A stretch of 64,000 nt of DNA from an uncultured Acidimicrobiia bacterium. Its GTDB lineage: Bacteria; Actinomycetota; Acidimicrobiia; Acidimicrobiales; AC-14. The stretch spans positions 16,087 through 80,086 of the forward strand of contig CAWIIV010000013.1 in the NCBI GenBank assembly GCA_963836205.1, written 5' to 3'. Position 1 is the first letter of the stretch, and each line of letters begins with the position of its first letter. Made by a program: the position numbers and the translations under genes. This document shows, one piece after another, positions 39,924 through 50,329 of the stretch. The notes below the pieces were generated by a model. That model worked only from the letters and a program-made list of their open reading frames with translations. It was not told the origin of the DNA and made no database searches.

Positions 39924-39996
39924 CGACCGTGGACCGCCCGCCCAAAACCGGACGGCGGCCCGCACCGATTGCACACTCGACCGGGGGGAACGGGAC

Positions 39997-42519
39997 ATGT
40001 GGCGAGTACTGAAAGGACTGCTGGCCCACCGCAGCCGCCTCCTACGGACGGCAGCGGCGGTGGCCCTGGCGGTGAGCCTGGTGTCGGGGACCTTCGTCCT
40101 CACCGACACCATCGACGCCGCCTTCGACCGGGCGTCGACCTCGTCGGCCCAGATCGACGTGGTGGTGCGGGCCAGCGCCCAGTTCACGGCCCAGGCCACC
40201 ACCCTCCCGGAGCGGGAGACGCTGCCGGAGTCGCTCCTCGACGTGATCGCCGCCATCCCCGGGGTCCAGAAGGTGTGGGGCCAGGTCATGGGCTTCGCCG
40301 GGCTGGTCGACAAGGACGGCAAGGCCATCAACCCCTCGGGCCTGCCCACCGTCGGCACCTCGTTCTCGCCTGACGACACCCTCGTCGCGGGCCGGGCCCC
40401 GGCGGGACCGGGGGAGGTCGTCATCGACGACGTCACCGCGGCCAAGGACGGCTTCCACCTCGGGGACCAGATCAAGATCCTGTTCCAGGGGCTGGTGCGG
40501 GAGTTCACCATCGCCGGCGTGCGCAAGGTGGAGGACCTGCTCGCGTCGACCACGGCCAGCTTCGACCTGGAGACGGCCCAGCAGCTCCTGGGCGAGGCGG
40601 GGACGCTCGACGCCATCCCGGTCAAGGCCGAGCCCGGCGTCTCGCCCGAGATCATGCGGGCCCGCATCGGCGCCGCCCTCCCCGACACCTACGAGGTCGT
40701 CACCTACGACCAGGCCGCCCGCGAGGCCCAGGAGTCGTGGACCAAGGCCCTAGGCTTCCTCACGACGGCCCTGCTCATGTTCGCCGCGGTGGCGCTCCTG
40801 GTCGGCGCCTTCATCATCTTCAACACCTTCTCGATCCTCGTCGCCCAGCGCACCCGGGAGCTGGGCCTGCTGCGGGCGGTCGGGGCCAGCCGCCGCCACA
40901 TTCTCGGCTCGGTGCTGACCGAGGCCCTCGCCGTTGGCGTCGTCGCCTCCGCGGTCGGGATCGTCCTCGGCCTGGGTGCGGCCCACGGCCTCCTCGCGCT
41001 GATGCGCATGATCGGCTTCGAGCTGCCGTCGGCGCCGGTGGTGTTCCGGGGCCGCACCGCCGCCCTCGGACTGATGGCCGGCGTTGTCGTCACCGTGGCC
41101 GCCGCCGTCATCCCAGCCCGCCGGGCCACCAGGGTCTCGCCCATGGCGGCCATCGTGGGTCGCAGCAGCGACGAGGCGGGCTCGGTCGGGCGGCGGGTGG
41201 GCGCCGGGCTGAGCGTCACCCTCGTCGGCCTGGGTGCGCTGTTCATCGGCCTGTTCGGGGAGGTCCAGACGCCCTTGCTGGCTATCGGCCTGGGGTCGGC
41301 CGGCATCCTGGTCGGAATCGCCATGCTCACGCCCCTCGTGGCCGGGCCCGCGGCTCGCCTGATCGGGCTCCCCCTCGTCCGCATCTTGGGTGAGCCGGCC
41401 CGCCTGGGCCGGGAGAACGCAATACGCAACCCCCGGCGCACATCGGCCACCGCCGCCGCCCTCATGATCGGGATCACCCTGGTGGGCGTGGTCGCCATCC
41501 TGGCTGCGTCGATCAAGAGCTCGGCCAGCCAGACCATCCAGGACACCCTCCGGGCCGACTTCGTGGTCACCCCCCGCACGGCGGCCGGTGCCCAGGGCGG
41601 CGTGCCTACCGCGGTGGGCGACACCCTGCGCAAGAACAAGGCGGTGGCCACCGTGTCGGAGATCCGGGGCGGGCAGTGGGGGCTGGAGGGCCGGACACGG
41701 ACGCTGGTGGCGGTCGACCCCGAGACGATCACCGACGCCTACCAGCTCGACCCCGAGGCCAACACCGCCCTGCGCCGGCTCGACGACGACAGCGTGCTGG
41801 TGCGGGAGAGCGTGGCCGAGCGCCACGGCTGGACGGTGGGCGACGAGGTGCCGATGACCTTCGCCCGTTCCGGCACCCAGCCCATGCGCCTGGCCGACAC
41901 GTTCACCTCGACCGCGGTGCGCAGCGACTACGTGATCTCGCTGGACGCGTTCAAGGACAACTTCAAGCAGCAGCTCAGCCTCGAGGTCGACGTCCGGCTG
42001 GCGCCTGGGATCTCGGCCGAGGCCGGCCGCCACGCGGTGGAGGAGGCACTGGTCGACTTCCCCAACGTCGAGGTGCGCGACCGCGACCAGGTGCTGGCCG
42101 CGCAGGCGGCCCAGGTCGACAAGCTGCTGGTGCCGGTGACGGCCCTGCTGGCCCTGTCGGTGGTGATCGCCCTGCTCGGGATCGTCAACACCCTGGCCCT
42201 GTCGATCCACGAGCGGACGAGGGAGCTGGGCCTGCTGCGGGCCGTCGGCATGGCCCGCAGCCAGCTGCGGTCGATGGTGCGGTCGGAGGCGGTGATCATC
42301 GCCGGCCTCGGTTCCGTGCTCGGGGTGGTGGTGGCCGTGTTCTTCGGCTGGGCCCTGGTCGGGGCGATGCACGACCTGGGCGTGTCGCGGCTGGTGATCC
42401 CCGTCGGCCAGCTGCTGGGCCTGGTGGCCGCCGCCACCGGCGCCGGCCTGGCCGCCGGCGTCCTCCCCGCTCGCCGGGCCGCCCGCCTGCCGATCCTCGA
42501 GGCGATCAGCGGGAAATAG
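39997..42519 (+). CDS. FtsX-like ABC permease (duplicated)
   Basis: Two RTRELGLLRAVG motifs. Confidence 0.92.
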   Translation: MWRVLKGLLAHRSRLLRTAAAVALAVSLVSGTFVLTDTIDAAFDRASTSSAQIDVVVRASAQFTAQATTLPERETLPESLLDVIAAIPGVQKVWGQVMGFAGLVDKDGKAINPSGLPTVGTSFSPDDTLVAGRAPAGPGEVVIDDVTAAKDGFHLGDQIKILFQGLVREFTIAGVRKVEDLLASTTASFDLETAQQLLGEAGTLDAIPVKAEPGVSPEIMRARIGAALPDTYEVVTYDQAAREAQESWTKALGFLTTALLMFAAVALLVGAFIIFNTFSILVAQRTRELGLLRAVGASRRHILGSVLTEALAVGVVASAVGIVLGLGAAHGLLALMRMIGFELPSAPVVFRGRTAALGLMAGVVVTVAAAVIPARRATRVSPMAAIVGRSSDEAGSVGRRVGAGLSVTLVGLGALFIGLFGEVQTPLLAIGLGSAGILVGIAMLTPLVAGPAARLIGLPLVRILGEPARLGRENAIRNPRRTSATAAALMIGITLVGVVAILAASIKSSASQTIQDTLRADFVVTPRTAAGAQGGVPTAVGDTLRKNKAVATVSEIRGGQWGLEGRTRTLVAVDPETITDAYQLDPEANTALRRLDDDSVLVRESVAERHGWTVGDEVPMTFARSGTQPMRLADTFTSTAVRSDYVISLDAFKDNFKQQLSLEVDVRLAPGISAEAGRHAVEEALVDFPNVEVRDRDQVLAAQAAQVDKLLVPVTALLALSVVIALLGIVNTLALSIHERTRELGLLRAVGMARSQLRSMVRSEAVIIAGLGSVLGVVVAVFFGWALVGAMHDLGVSRLVIPVGQLLGLVAAATGAGLAAGVLPARRAARLPILEAISGK

Positions 42520-42761
42520 AGGTCGCCTTCTGGTCCGCCGCGGTGGCCTCGTCGAGGGCTGGAGAGCCGCGGTCCCACCGCCCGCCAGTCCCGGGTCAGG
42601 CGCCGCCGCCGCCGGATGAGGATCGTGGTGGCGACCACTACGCCGTCGAGTGGTCCCGCCTCGTCGAGCTCAACATGGAAGGCTCGGTCGGTTAGGTAGG
42701 GCGCGAGACGAAGGTTCCCACCGCGGCATAGGAGCGGAACCGTCCCCGCCCGTCACCAGGC

Positions 42762-43322
42762 GTGGGCCCGCAGGTCCGGAGCCTGGCGTGGCCGGGTCCG
42801 TCGCCGCGAGGAAGAGCGAGCGAGGGCCGGGGCCGGCCGCCGCTGCGCGAAGCCCTACTCGCCTTGAGGAGGGAGCGGGAGTCGCCAACGCGGGTTGTCG
42901 CCATCGCCGACAATGACACGGCAGCGCACGATGCTCTGGCGGACATAAGGAACGACCGTCTGCCGGGCAACTATCGAATTCGGCACTATCCGGCCATTCC
43001 TCTGCTCGATTCCTACCCGTCCCTGGGTCCTCAGGATGGCATCGTGCTGGCAGATCTCAACGGGTGCGCCGGCTCACTTGAGATGTATCTGGGGCGCGGC
43101 CTGCTCACTGTGGACGGTGAATTGACACCCGTGCAGTGGACCGGCTACGTCAAGAAACTGAACCGCTACCAAGCTTCCCTCCCCGATCACGAGAAGAGGC
43201 GCGTGCAAAAGGCCTTCCTCGATGTCGCCAAGAAGGCTTTGCACGATCCCGCTGTCCGAGCGGCGCACGACTGGAGTGGCGTACACGCCATCATCGAGAC
43301 CGTGGTCGAAGCATTTGCGTAG
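42762..43322 (+). pseudogene. C-terminal Toprim-like fragment of a HEPN/Toprim-associated protein
   Basis: VVAIADNDTAA, NG.AGSLEMYLG, PVQWTGY; lower GC; N-terminus missing. Confidence 0.5.
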
Positions 43323-43329
43323 CGTCCGT

Positions 43330-43700
43330 CGGGCGCCGTGAACCACACCACGTGGCGAATGTCGCCGGCGCCGCGGTGGGCCCACCGTGGACCACGGTCC
43401 ACAGCTCGTGGTTCGCCTGCCAGCCCGCCATCGTCAGATTCCCGGAGCCGACGGCGACCGTGACCCGCTCGGCGCCGGCGATCACGACCAGCTTGGGATG
43501 GAAGGCACCCGAGCACGAGGCCAGCCCGGCGACGTAGCTGCGACCGCCCCGCCGCACCGCCCACCGGTCGTGGGTGACCATGGCAGCGTGGCCCACCACG
43601 GTGGCCCGGGCCCCGAGGGACTGGGCCAGGCCGAGCTCGGCCCGCTCGAAGAACCCGAGGTCGAGGGTGTAGCTGAGGAGCAGCAGCTCCGGGGCCGTCT
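43330..43700 (-). pseudogene. Phospholipase D (HKD) N-terminal fragment
   Basis: SYTLDLGFFE, FHPKL, VGSGNLT...N.ELW; truncated. Confidence 0.6.
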
Positions 43701-43802
43701 CACCTCGCTCGGCCGCCTCCGGCGGCGGCCACCAACCAACACACGGCGGCCGCCGCCGCCATCCTCCAACCCGTACGACGCCTTGGCTGCGTCGCGCCAG
43801 GC

Positions 43803-45080
43803 TCAGAAGCCAAAGTTGGAGCCGCAGCTCCCCAGTCCGTAGGCGTCCCACTTGGCGTCGGCGGCCGTCGTCAGGGTGGTCAGCTCCCGGTCGAGGGCGT
43901 CGAGGCGGTCGAAGTCCTCGTCGCCAGCGGCGTCCTCGAACTCCCGGCTCTTGGCCTGCACCTTGTCCTGGGCGGTGAACAGCTCGGCCAGCGTGGCATC
44001 GTCGCCCGGCGGCACGGGCAGGGCCTTGATGTCGGCCACCAGCTGGTCGAACACGCCGTTGGCGTGGCCGATGAAGGCGACGAAGGCGGCGTCGTCCTCG
44101 AAGTCGACCTCGACGTCGTAGATGTCGTCGGCCGCCCGCCGGCAGAGAACGTCGGCCTGGGCGACGAAGCCGGCCTTCATGACCGACTGCGTGCCGCCGT
44201 AGACGGCGTCGACGCCGGTCTGCATCCCGATGGAGCAGGCGGCGAAGCCGGTGGTGGTCGCCTTGGTGCGCGCCTCGCCGGCGGCGGACGACATGTCCTT
44301 GGTGGCGGCGACGGTGGCGGCGTCGTCCTGGCGCCCGGCCGCGTCCTGGATCCGCTTGGCCGCCGCGCTGGCGCCCTCGAGGGACGTGTAGACGGCGGCG
44401 ACCTCGGTCTTGGCCGACCCGCCGGGCTGCTTCAGCGCCCGCAGCTGGCCCAGCTGGGAGTCGATGGTGGTGGTCAGGGTCCCGGCCGCGGTGGCCAGCT
44501 CGGGGTAGCTGGTGGGCTTGACGATGGTCGCGATGGGGCCGTTGGCGGGCCGGCAGAGGTCGTCGGCCTTGGACACGAACTCGGCCCGGGAGGGGGCGCC
44601 GCCCTTGGTGACGAGCAGCACGCCGCCGGCGCCGGCACCACCCACGACCAGGACGCCCGCGACGATGGCGGCGATCATGCCGCCGCCCATCTTCCGCCTG
44701 GACGGGCTCGGGGCGTAGGGGCTGTACCCGGGCGACGAGGGTGCCGGCCGGCTGGGCGGCGGGGGCGGGGGCGACGCTGGCGTGTAGGCCCGGGGGGATG
44801 GGCGGAAGCTGTCGACCTCGTCGTCCCAGTCCCGGGGGGGCGGGGAGGGCGGCGGGGCGTAGGCCCGGGCTGCGGGCGCGGCCGTGCGGGCCGGGGCCAC
44901 CGTGGGGGCGGCGGTGACGCCGGACACCCGGCGGAACTTGGAGACCGGCGCCTCCTCGGCAGGGGCCTCGTCGATCGGGGCAGTGGCGGCGGTGCCGTTG
45001 GCCTCCGTCCCGTCGCCCCGCCGTTCAGCGGCGTGCTTCAGGATCCACGGCACGGACTCGTTGGTCGGGTCGTCCGACAT
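43803..45080 (-). CDS. Membrane-anchored protein: Pro-rich N-terminus, TM, two tandem helical repeats
   Basis: FVSKADDLC...GFAAC and FVAQADVLC...GLGSC. Confidence 0.7.
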   Translation of the reverse strand: MSDDPTNESVPWILKHAAERRGDGTEANGTAATAPIDEAPAEEAPVSKFRRVSGVTAAPTVAPARTAAPAARAYAPPPSPPPRDWDDEVDSFRPSPRAYTPASPPPPPPSRPAPSSPGYSPYAPSPSRRKMGGGMIAAIVAGVLVVGGAGAGGVLLVTKGGAPSRAEFVSKADDLCRPANGPIATIVKPTSYPELATAAGTLTTTIDSQLGQLRALKQPGGSAKTEVAAVYTSLEGASAAAKRIQDAAGRQDDAATVAATKDMSSAAGEARTKATTTGFAACSIGMQTGVDAVYGGTQSVMKAGFVAQADVLCRRAADDIYDVEVDFEDDAAFVAFIGHANGVFDQLVADIKALPVPPGDDATLAELFTAQDKVQAKSREFEDAAGDEDFDRLDALDRELTTLTTAADAKWDAYGLGSCGSNFGF

Positions 45081-45241
45081 CGGGGTTCCTCCTCGCGGTT
45101 GTCAGCCTTCGCCGGACAACCTTCATCGCCGCCGTATGGACCGTCTGTCGGCTCTCACCTACCAGTATCGGGTGGGTCAGAGGCCGACTTGAGCGGCACG
45201 TGCCGTTCGATGTCGGCCCGGGGGCTAGAACTGTGCCTGGT

Positions 45242-45925
45242 ATGCCCAAGGGAAAGCGGCGCCGGACGATCACGGTCGACCCCATCGTCACCGAGGTGCT
45301 CGGCGACGACGACGAGGTCCTGTCGGCGGCCGTCAACGAAGTCCTCCAGAACGAGGTCGAGCGGCGGCAGCGGGCGGCCGCCCTGGCCCGGCTGCTCCGG
45401 ATCCTCACCGCCGAGCGGGGACCGGTCGACTCGGCCGACGTGGAGGAGTTCCGTCGCATCGGCGAGGTCAGCGCCGTCGTCCTCGACTCGGAAGCGGTGG
45501 CGGCCCTGGCCCGGGGGGGTGACCAGGAGCGTACGGTGCGGGCCGCCCTCACCGCCGCGTCGGAGACGTCCACCCAGGTGGTCGTGCCCGCGGCCGCCCT
45601 GGCCGAGCTCTACCGGGGTGTCGCCGGCGACCAGGCCGTCGACGCCTGCCTGGGGGCGGAGGGCGGGATCGCGGTCATCCCCACCGATCGCCCGCTCGCC
45701 CGCCGTATCGGCAAGATCCTGGCCGATGCCGGCCGGGCCACCGAGGACCACGCCGACGGGAGCGTGGTGGCGGTCTGCGCCGCCGCCGGCGGTGGCCTGA
45801 TTCTCACCGGCGACCCCCGGAAGGTCACCGAGCTGTGCGGACGCACGCCCAGCATCGTCGTGCGGGGCATCGGCACCAAGTGGCGGCCGGCCCTGTTCGG
45901 CAGCACCGCCAGTCCCCCGGGCTGA
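45242..45925 (+). CDS. Fused antitoxin-like N-terminus + PIN (VapC) domain
   Basis: RRTITVD...LSAAVNEVL (RHH-like), then VVLDSEA, LAELYRG, ADGSVVA, ILTGDP. Confidence 0.7.
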   Translation: MPKGKRRRTITVDPIVTEVLGDDDEVLSAAVNEVLQNEVERRQRAAALARLLRILTAERGPVDSADVEEFRRIGEVSAVVLDSEAVAALARGGDQERTVRAALTAASETSTQVVVPAAALAELYRGVAGDQAVDACLGAEGGIAVIPTDRPLARRIGKILADAGRATEDHADGSVVAVCAAAGGGLILTGDPRKVTELCGRTPSIVVRGIGTKWRPALFGSTASPPG

Positions 45926-45934
45926 CGCGCAGGG

Positions 45935-46855
45935 CTAGCCCTTCACCGCCCCCATGGTGAAGCCGGCGACGAACCGCTTCAGGAAGGCGTTGAACACGAG
46001 GGCGATGGGCACCGCCACCAGGATGGTGGCCGCCTGGAGCGACTGCCAGAAGAACACGTCGCCCCGCACCAGCTCGGTGGGCACCCCCACCGCGATGGTC
46101 TTCTGGCTGGTCCGGGACACGAAGGCCAGGGCATAGATGAACTCGCTGGCCGCCAGGGTGGCGGAGAACACGACCACCGCGACGATCCCCGGGAACGACA
46201 GGGGCAGCACGGTACGCACGAACGCCCCCAGCCGGCTGTAGCCGTCGACCATGGCCTGCTCCTCCATGTCGCGGGGGATCGACTTGAAGAAGCCGATGAG
46301 CAGCCACACCGACACCGGGATGGTGATGGTGGGGTACACGACCACCAGCGCCCACCGGGAGTCTTGGAGGCCCAGCTGCGACACCACCCGTGACAGGGAG
46401 ATGAACAGCAGCGACGGCGGGATCAGGTAGACGAAGAAGATGGCGATGCCCATCGCCCCACCCCACCGCAGGTTGAGCCGGGCCAGGCTGTAGGCGGCCG
46501 GGATGCTGGCGGCGAGGGTGATGGCCACCACCAGTACCGCCACCAGCAGCGTGTTTGAGACGAACGTCCCGAACGGCGTGTCGTTCAGGAGGAGGCGGAC
46601 GTGCTCGAACGTGGGCGGGAAGTTGAACAGGAACGGGTTGTTGTCGCGGCTGTACAGGTCCTGGTTGGCCTTGAACGAGGTGATCGCTCCCCATACGAAT
46701 GGGAAGGCGGCGAACAGGGTGAGGAGGACGACGATGGCATACAGCCCCACCCGGCCCCAGCGCCGCCGCCGCTCGTACCGCCCCGCCAACTGGTGACGTT
46801 TTTGGTGGTCAGGACCACCAAAAACGTCACCAGTTGCGGGGGTGGGGGTCGTCAC
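45935..46855 (-). CDS. Carbohydrate ABC permease (MalG type)
   Basis: IPRDMEEQAMVDG, GFTMGAVKG; GTG overlaps the upstream stop. Confidence 0.92.
   Translation of the reverse strand: MTTPTPATGDVFGGPDHQKRHQLAGRYERRRRWGRVGLYAIVVLLTLFAAFPFVWGAITSFKANQDLYSRDNNPFLFNFPPTFEHVRLLLNDTPFGTFVSNTLLVAVLVVAITLAASIPAAYSLARLNLRWGGAMGIAIFFVYLIPPSLLFISLSRVVSQLGLQDSRWALVVVYPTITIPVSVWLLIGFFKSIPRDMEEQAMVDGYSRLGAFVRTVLPLSFPGIVAVVVFSATLAASEFIYALAFVSRTSQKTIAVGVPTELVRGDVFFWQSLQAATILVAVPIALVFNAFLKRFVAGFTMGAVKG
46787..46836. repeat. Perfect inverted repeat (24-bp arms, 2-nt loop) inside the permease CDS
   Basis: caactggtgacgtttttggtggtc-ag-gaccaccaaaaacgtcaccagttg. Confidence 0.95.
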
Positions 46856-47778
46856 ATCGTCTCCATGCGGCGGACGGCGCGCAGGATGAGCACGGCCATG
46901 GCCACCAGGACGGGGAGCAGGAAGAGGGCCACCGCCGCCCCCTGGGCCAGGTCGCCGCCGGTGATGCCCCGGAAGAAGGCCCAGGTGGGGAGGGTCTGGG
47001 TGGCGTCGATGGGCCCGCCCCTCGTCAGCACGTAGACCACGCTCAGGTCGGTGAAGACGAGGATGGCCCCGAAGAGGGTCGCCACCGCCATCACCGGCGC
47101 GGTCAGGGGGATGGTGACCTGGAACAGCTTGCGCCAGAACCCGGCCCCGTCCACCTCGGCCGCGTCGTTGATGTCCTGGGGGATGGACATGAGCCCGGCG
47201 CTGATGATCACCGCGGCCAGGGGGACGATCCGCCACACCTGCACCGCGATCACGGACACCATGGCCAGGGTGTCGTTGCCCAGCCAGTGGAGGTTGCCCT
47301 CCAGCAGCCCCAGCCAGCGCAGAGTCCAGTCGATGGGGCTGAACAGGGAGTCGAGCAGCCACAGCCAGGCGATGGTGGCCAGCGAGACGGGCGTCGTCCA
47401 CGGCAGGAGCACCAGGAACCGCACCAGCCACTTGCCCCGGAAGTCCTTGACCAGGACGAGGGCCATGACCTTGCCCAGGATCAGGACCAGGACCATGGTG
47501 ACGACGGTGATGAACAGGCTGTTGCGCAGCGCCTTGAGGAACACGGGGTCGTCGAGGACGGCCCGGAAGTTGCGCAGGCCCACGTAGTCGAAGCTGGGGT
47601 CGCCGACGGTGACGTCGCTCAGGCTGTAGCCGATGGCCAGGAAGAACGGGACGGCCACCAGGGCCAGGATGTAGACGACCGCCGGCAGGAGCAGGATCGG
47701 GCCGAGCAGCCCCTCCCGATCGAGCAGGTACCGAGGCCGCCGTTCCCTGGGCTCGGCGGCCACCTCGGGCGCGGTCAC
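46852..47778 (-). CDS. Carbohydrate ABC permease (MalF type)
   Basis: VGLRNF, DAAEVDGAG, TRGGP. Confidence 0.92.
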   Translation of the reverse strand: MTAPEVAAEPRERRPRYLLDREGLLGPILLLPAVVYILALVAVPFFLAIGYSLSDVTVGDPSFDYVGLRNFRAVLDDPVFLKALRNSLFITVVTMVLVLILGKVMALVLVKDFRGKWLVRFLVLLPWTTPVSLATIAWLWLLDSLFSPIDWTLRWLGLLEGNLHWLGNDTLAMVSVIAVQVWRIVPLAAVIISAGLMSIPQDINDAAEVDGAGFWRKLFQVTIPLTAPVMAVATLFGAILVFTDLSVVYVLTRGGPIDATQTLPTWAFFRGITGGDLAQGAAVALFLLPVLVAMAVLILRAVRRMETM

Positions 47779-48812
47779 AGGCGGCGCCGCGCCATCCGCA
47801 GGCCCGTCGCCTTGTCGAAGAAGCGCAGGTCGGCGCCCCGGACGACGAAGTCCGACGTCTCGCCCGCCGGGACCGGCACCGACACGTTGGCCGGCAGCAG
47901 GGCGATGGCCCGGGTGGGCGGTCCGAGGCCGTCGATCGTCCCGATCACCTGCCGCTCGGCCCCCAGGTACTCCACCCGGGACACGTCGAAGGCGACGGTG
48001 ACCGCATCGGCGTCGGCGTCGACGACACCCTTGGGCAGCAGCGCCTCCGGCCGGAAGCCGACGATGGTGTCCTCCCGCTCGACCATGTTCATGGGCGGCG
48101 AACCGAGGAAGGTGGCCACGAAGGTGTCGGCGGGGTCGTCGTAGACCTCGAACGGGGTGCCCAGCTGACGGATGCGGCCCTCGTTCATGACCGCGATGCG
48201 GTCGCCCAGCCCCATGGCCTCCACCTGGTCGTGCGTGACATAGATCGTCGTGGTGCCGACCCGGTCCTGGAACTGTTTGAGGTCGTCACGGGCGGTGGCC
48301 CGCAGCTTGGCGTCGAGGTTGGACAGGGGCTCGTCGAGGAGGAACACGTCGGGCTCCCGCACCAGGGCCCTCGCCAGGGCGACCCGCTGGCGCTCGCCGC
48401 CGGACAGGTGGCGGGGTCGGCGGCCGAGGAGGCGGGTGATCCCCAGCAGCTCGGCCGCCCACTCCACTTTCTTGGCCCGTTCCTCGGCCGGCATCTTCGC
48501 CGCCCGCAGCGGAAATTCGATGTTCCGCTTCGCCGTCTTGTGCGGGTACAGGGCGTAGCTCTGGAACACCATGGCGATCTTTCGGGCCCGCGGCGGCAGG
48601 CCCACCATGGGTTCGCCGCCGATGAACACCTCGCCCGCGGTGGGATGTTCCAGCCCCGCGATCAGCCGCAACAGGGTGGTCTTGCCGCACCCCGACGGCC
48701 CCAGCAGGACCAGGTACTCGCCCTCGCCGGTGGCCAGGTCGAGGTCGTCGACGGCCGGGGTGGCGTTGCCCTCGAACTGCTTGGTGAGGTGCGTGACCTC
48801 GACCGTCGCCAT
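47775..48812 (-). CDS. Carbohydrate ABC ATPase (MalK type)
   Basis: GPSGCGKTT, VFQSYALYPH, LSGGERQR, FLGSPPMN. Confidence 0.94.
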   Translation of the reverse strand: MATVEVTHLTKQFEGNATPAVDDLDLATGEGEYLVLLGPSGCGKTTLLRLIAGLEHPTAGEVFIGGEPMVGLPPRARKIAMVFQSYALYPHKTAKRNIEFPLRAAKMPAEERAKKVEWAAELLGITRLLGRRPRHLSGGERQRVALARALVREPDVFLLDEPLSNLDAKLRATARDDLKQFQDRVGTTTIYVTHDQVEAMGLGDRIAVMNEGRIRQLGTPFEVYDDPADTFVATFLGSPPMNMVEREDTIVGFRPEALLPKGVVDADADAVTVAFDVSRVEYLGAERQVIGTIDGLGPPTRAIALLPANVSVPVPAGETSDFVVRGADLRFFDKATGLRMARRRL

Positions 48813-48820
48813 GCCGGGGG

Positions 48821-50230
48821 CTACGTGTTCCCGCCGACCAGCCCCTCCGTCCGCCACTTGGAGAAGATCTTCTTGACCTCGACCTCGGCCTCGGCCACCG
48901 CGTCCTTGGCGCTCAGCTCGCCCCGCGCCGCCCGGGCCATCATCTTGGGTAGGACGAACGTGTCGAACACCTCGCCGATGGCGGCGTTGGCCGGTCCCGG
49001 ATGGCCGACGTTGGTGCTCCACTTCTCGGCGTCCTTGAGCAGGGCGAGCTTGTTCGCCGGCTGGGAGCCGTAGGGGTCGTTGTCGAGCCAGGCCGGGAGC
49101 TGAGGGACCGTTTTCGGGAAGGCGGGGAAGTCGTACAGCTCGCTGTTGTTGGTGTTCTGGGCGTAGTTGGCCACCAGGTGGAGGATGAACTCCTTGGCCG
49201 CGTCGGGGTTCTTGGCGTGGTTGGGGATGACGTAGATGAGGATGGCGTGCTCGCTGGCGAGAGCCGTCTCCGCCCCCTTCAGGGGAGAGGTGAAGTACAC
49301 GTCGGCGGCCACGTCGGGGTTGCTCGTCTGGGCCGTGCGGTAGGCGGAGATCGAGTTGAGGATGTACGACAGGCTGCCGGCGATGAGTCCCTGGTTGTTC
49401 GAGGCCGCGCCCCACCCGAACACCTCGTCGGTCATGGCCGCCTTGAACAGCCGGGCCATGTAGTCGACGGCCTCCACCGTCTCGTCGGAGTTGAGGACGA
49501 CGTTCATGTCCTTGTCCTGCACCGATCCGCCGTAGGACCAGATGAGGGCGCGGGCGGCCATGTTGGAGTCGATCTCGTTCGACATGCCGATGCCGAGCTG
49601 GATGCCCTGCTCGGCCTTGATGCGTCCGCCGCCTTCGAGCAGCTGGTCGTAGGTGCTGGGGCCGTTGGGCAGGCCCGCCTTCTCCCACAGGCTCTTGCGG
49701 TAGTCACCGGGGTCGGGCGCCCAGCCGTGGCAGAAGCCGAAGAACTTGTCGGTCTGGGGGTTGAAGGTGCTGCGGGTGCACAGCTCGACCTGCTTGCCGA
49801 AGCGCTTCACCGCCTCCTGGTTGAGGTCGGTGAGGTCGAGCACGCCTTTCTCCAGCGCCGCCGGTGGCCCGATGAACTCGATCAGATCATGGCCCTCACC
49901 GGCCGAGATCTCGGCTGCGGCCCGGGCCGGGAGCTCGGCCTGGTTGATGTGGTCGATGCTCACGTTGACGCCCACCTGGCCGCCCCATGTCTGGGCGAAG
50001 GGGTCGATCCACCGGTCGTGGCGGGGCACGAAGTGGCTCCACTGGAGGATCTTGAGGTCGCCCGACAGGGCGGTCGAAGGCTGGACGAGCGTGGAGGTGA
50101 CGTCGGTGACCACCGTCGACGCGGTCGGGGTGGACGTGCCGTTCTTGCCGCAGGCGGCCAGCACGGTGAGGCCGGCTGCGCTCTGGATGAACCGCCGCCG
50201 GGAGATGCCGAGGTACGGCCCGTCGACCAC
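48821..50230 (-). CDS. Carbohydrate ABC substrate-binding lipoprotein (Tat signal)
   Basis: SRRRFI twin-arginine motif, LAAC lipobox. Confidence 0.9.
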   Translation of the reverse strand: MVDGPYLGISRRRFIQSAAGLTVLAACGKNGTSTPTASTVVTDVTSTLVQPSTALSGDLKILQWSHFVPRHDRWIDPFAQTWGGQVGVNVSIDHINQAELPARAAAEISAGEGHDLIEFIGPPAALEKGVLDLTDLNQEAVKRFGKQVELCTRSTFNPQTDKFFGFCHGWAPDPGDYRKSLWEKAGLPNGPSTYDQLLEGGGRIKAEQGIQLGIGMSNEIDSNMAARALIWSYGGSVQDKDMNVVLNSDETVEAVDYMARLFKAAMTDEVFGWGAASNNQGLIAGSLSYILNSISAYRTAQTSNPDVAADVYFTSPLKGAETALASEHAILIYVIPNHAKNPDAAKEFILHLVANYAQNTNNSELYDFPAFPKTVPQLPAWLDNDPYGSQPANKLALLKDAEKWSTNVGHPGPANAAIGEVFDTFVLPKMMARAARGELSAKDAVAEAEVEVKKIFSKWRTEGLVGGNT

Positions 50231-50329
50231 TTGTCCTCCTCAGTTCGAGCTCCAGGGTCCGGGGGGCTGCGATGCGAGGTGCGTGCGACAGCCACCGTAA
50301 CCCGGCGCCCGGCCGGAGAGAAGGAACTG

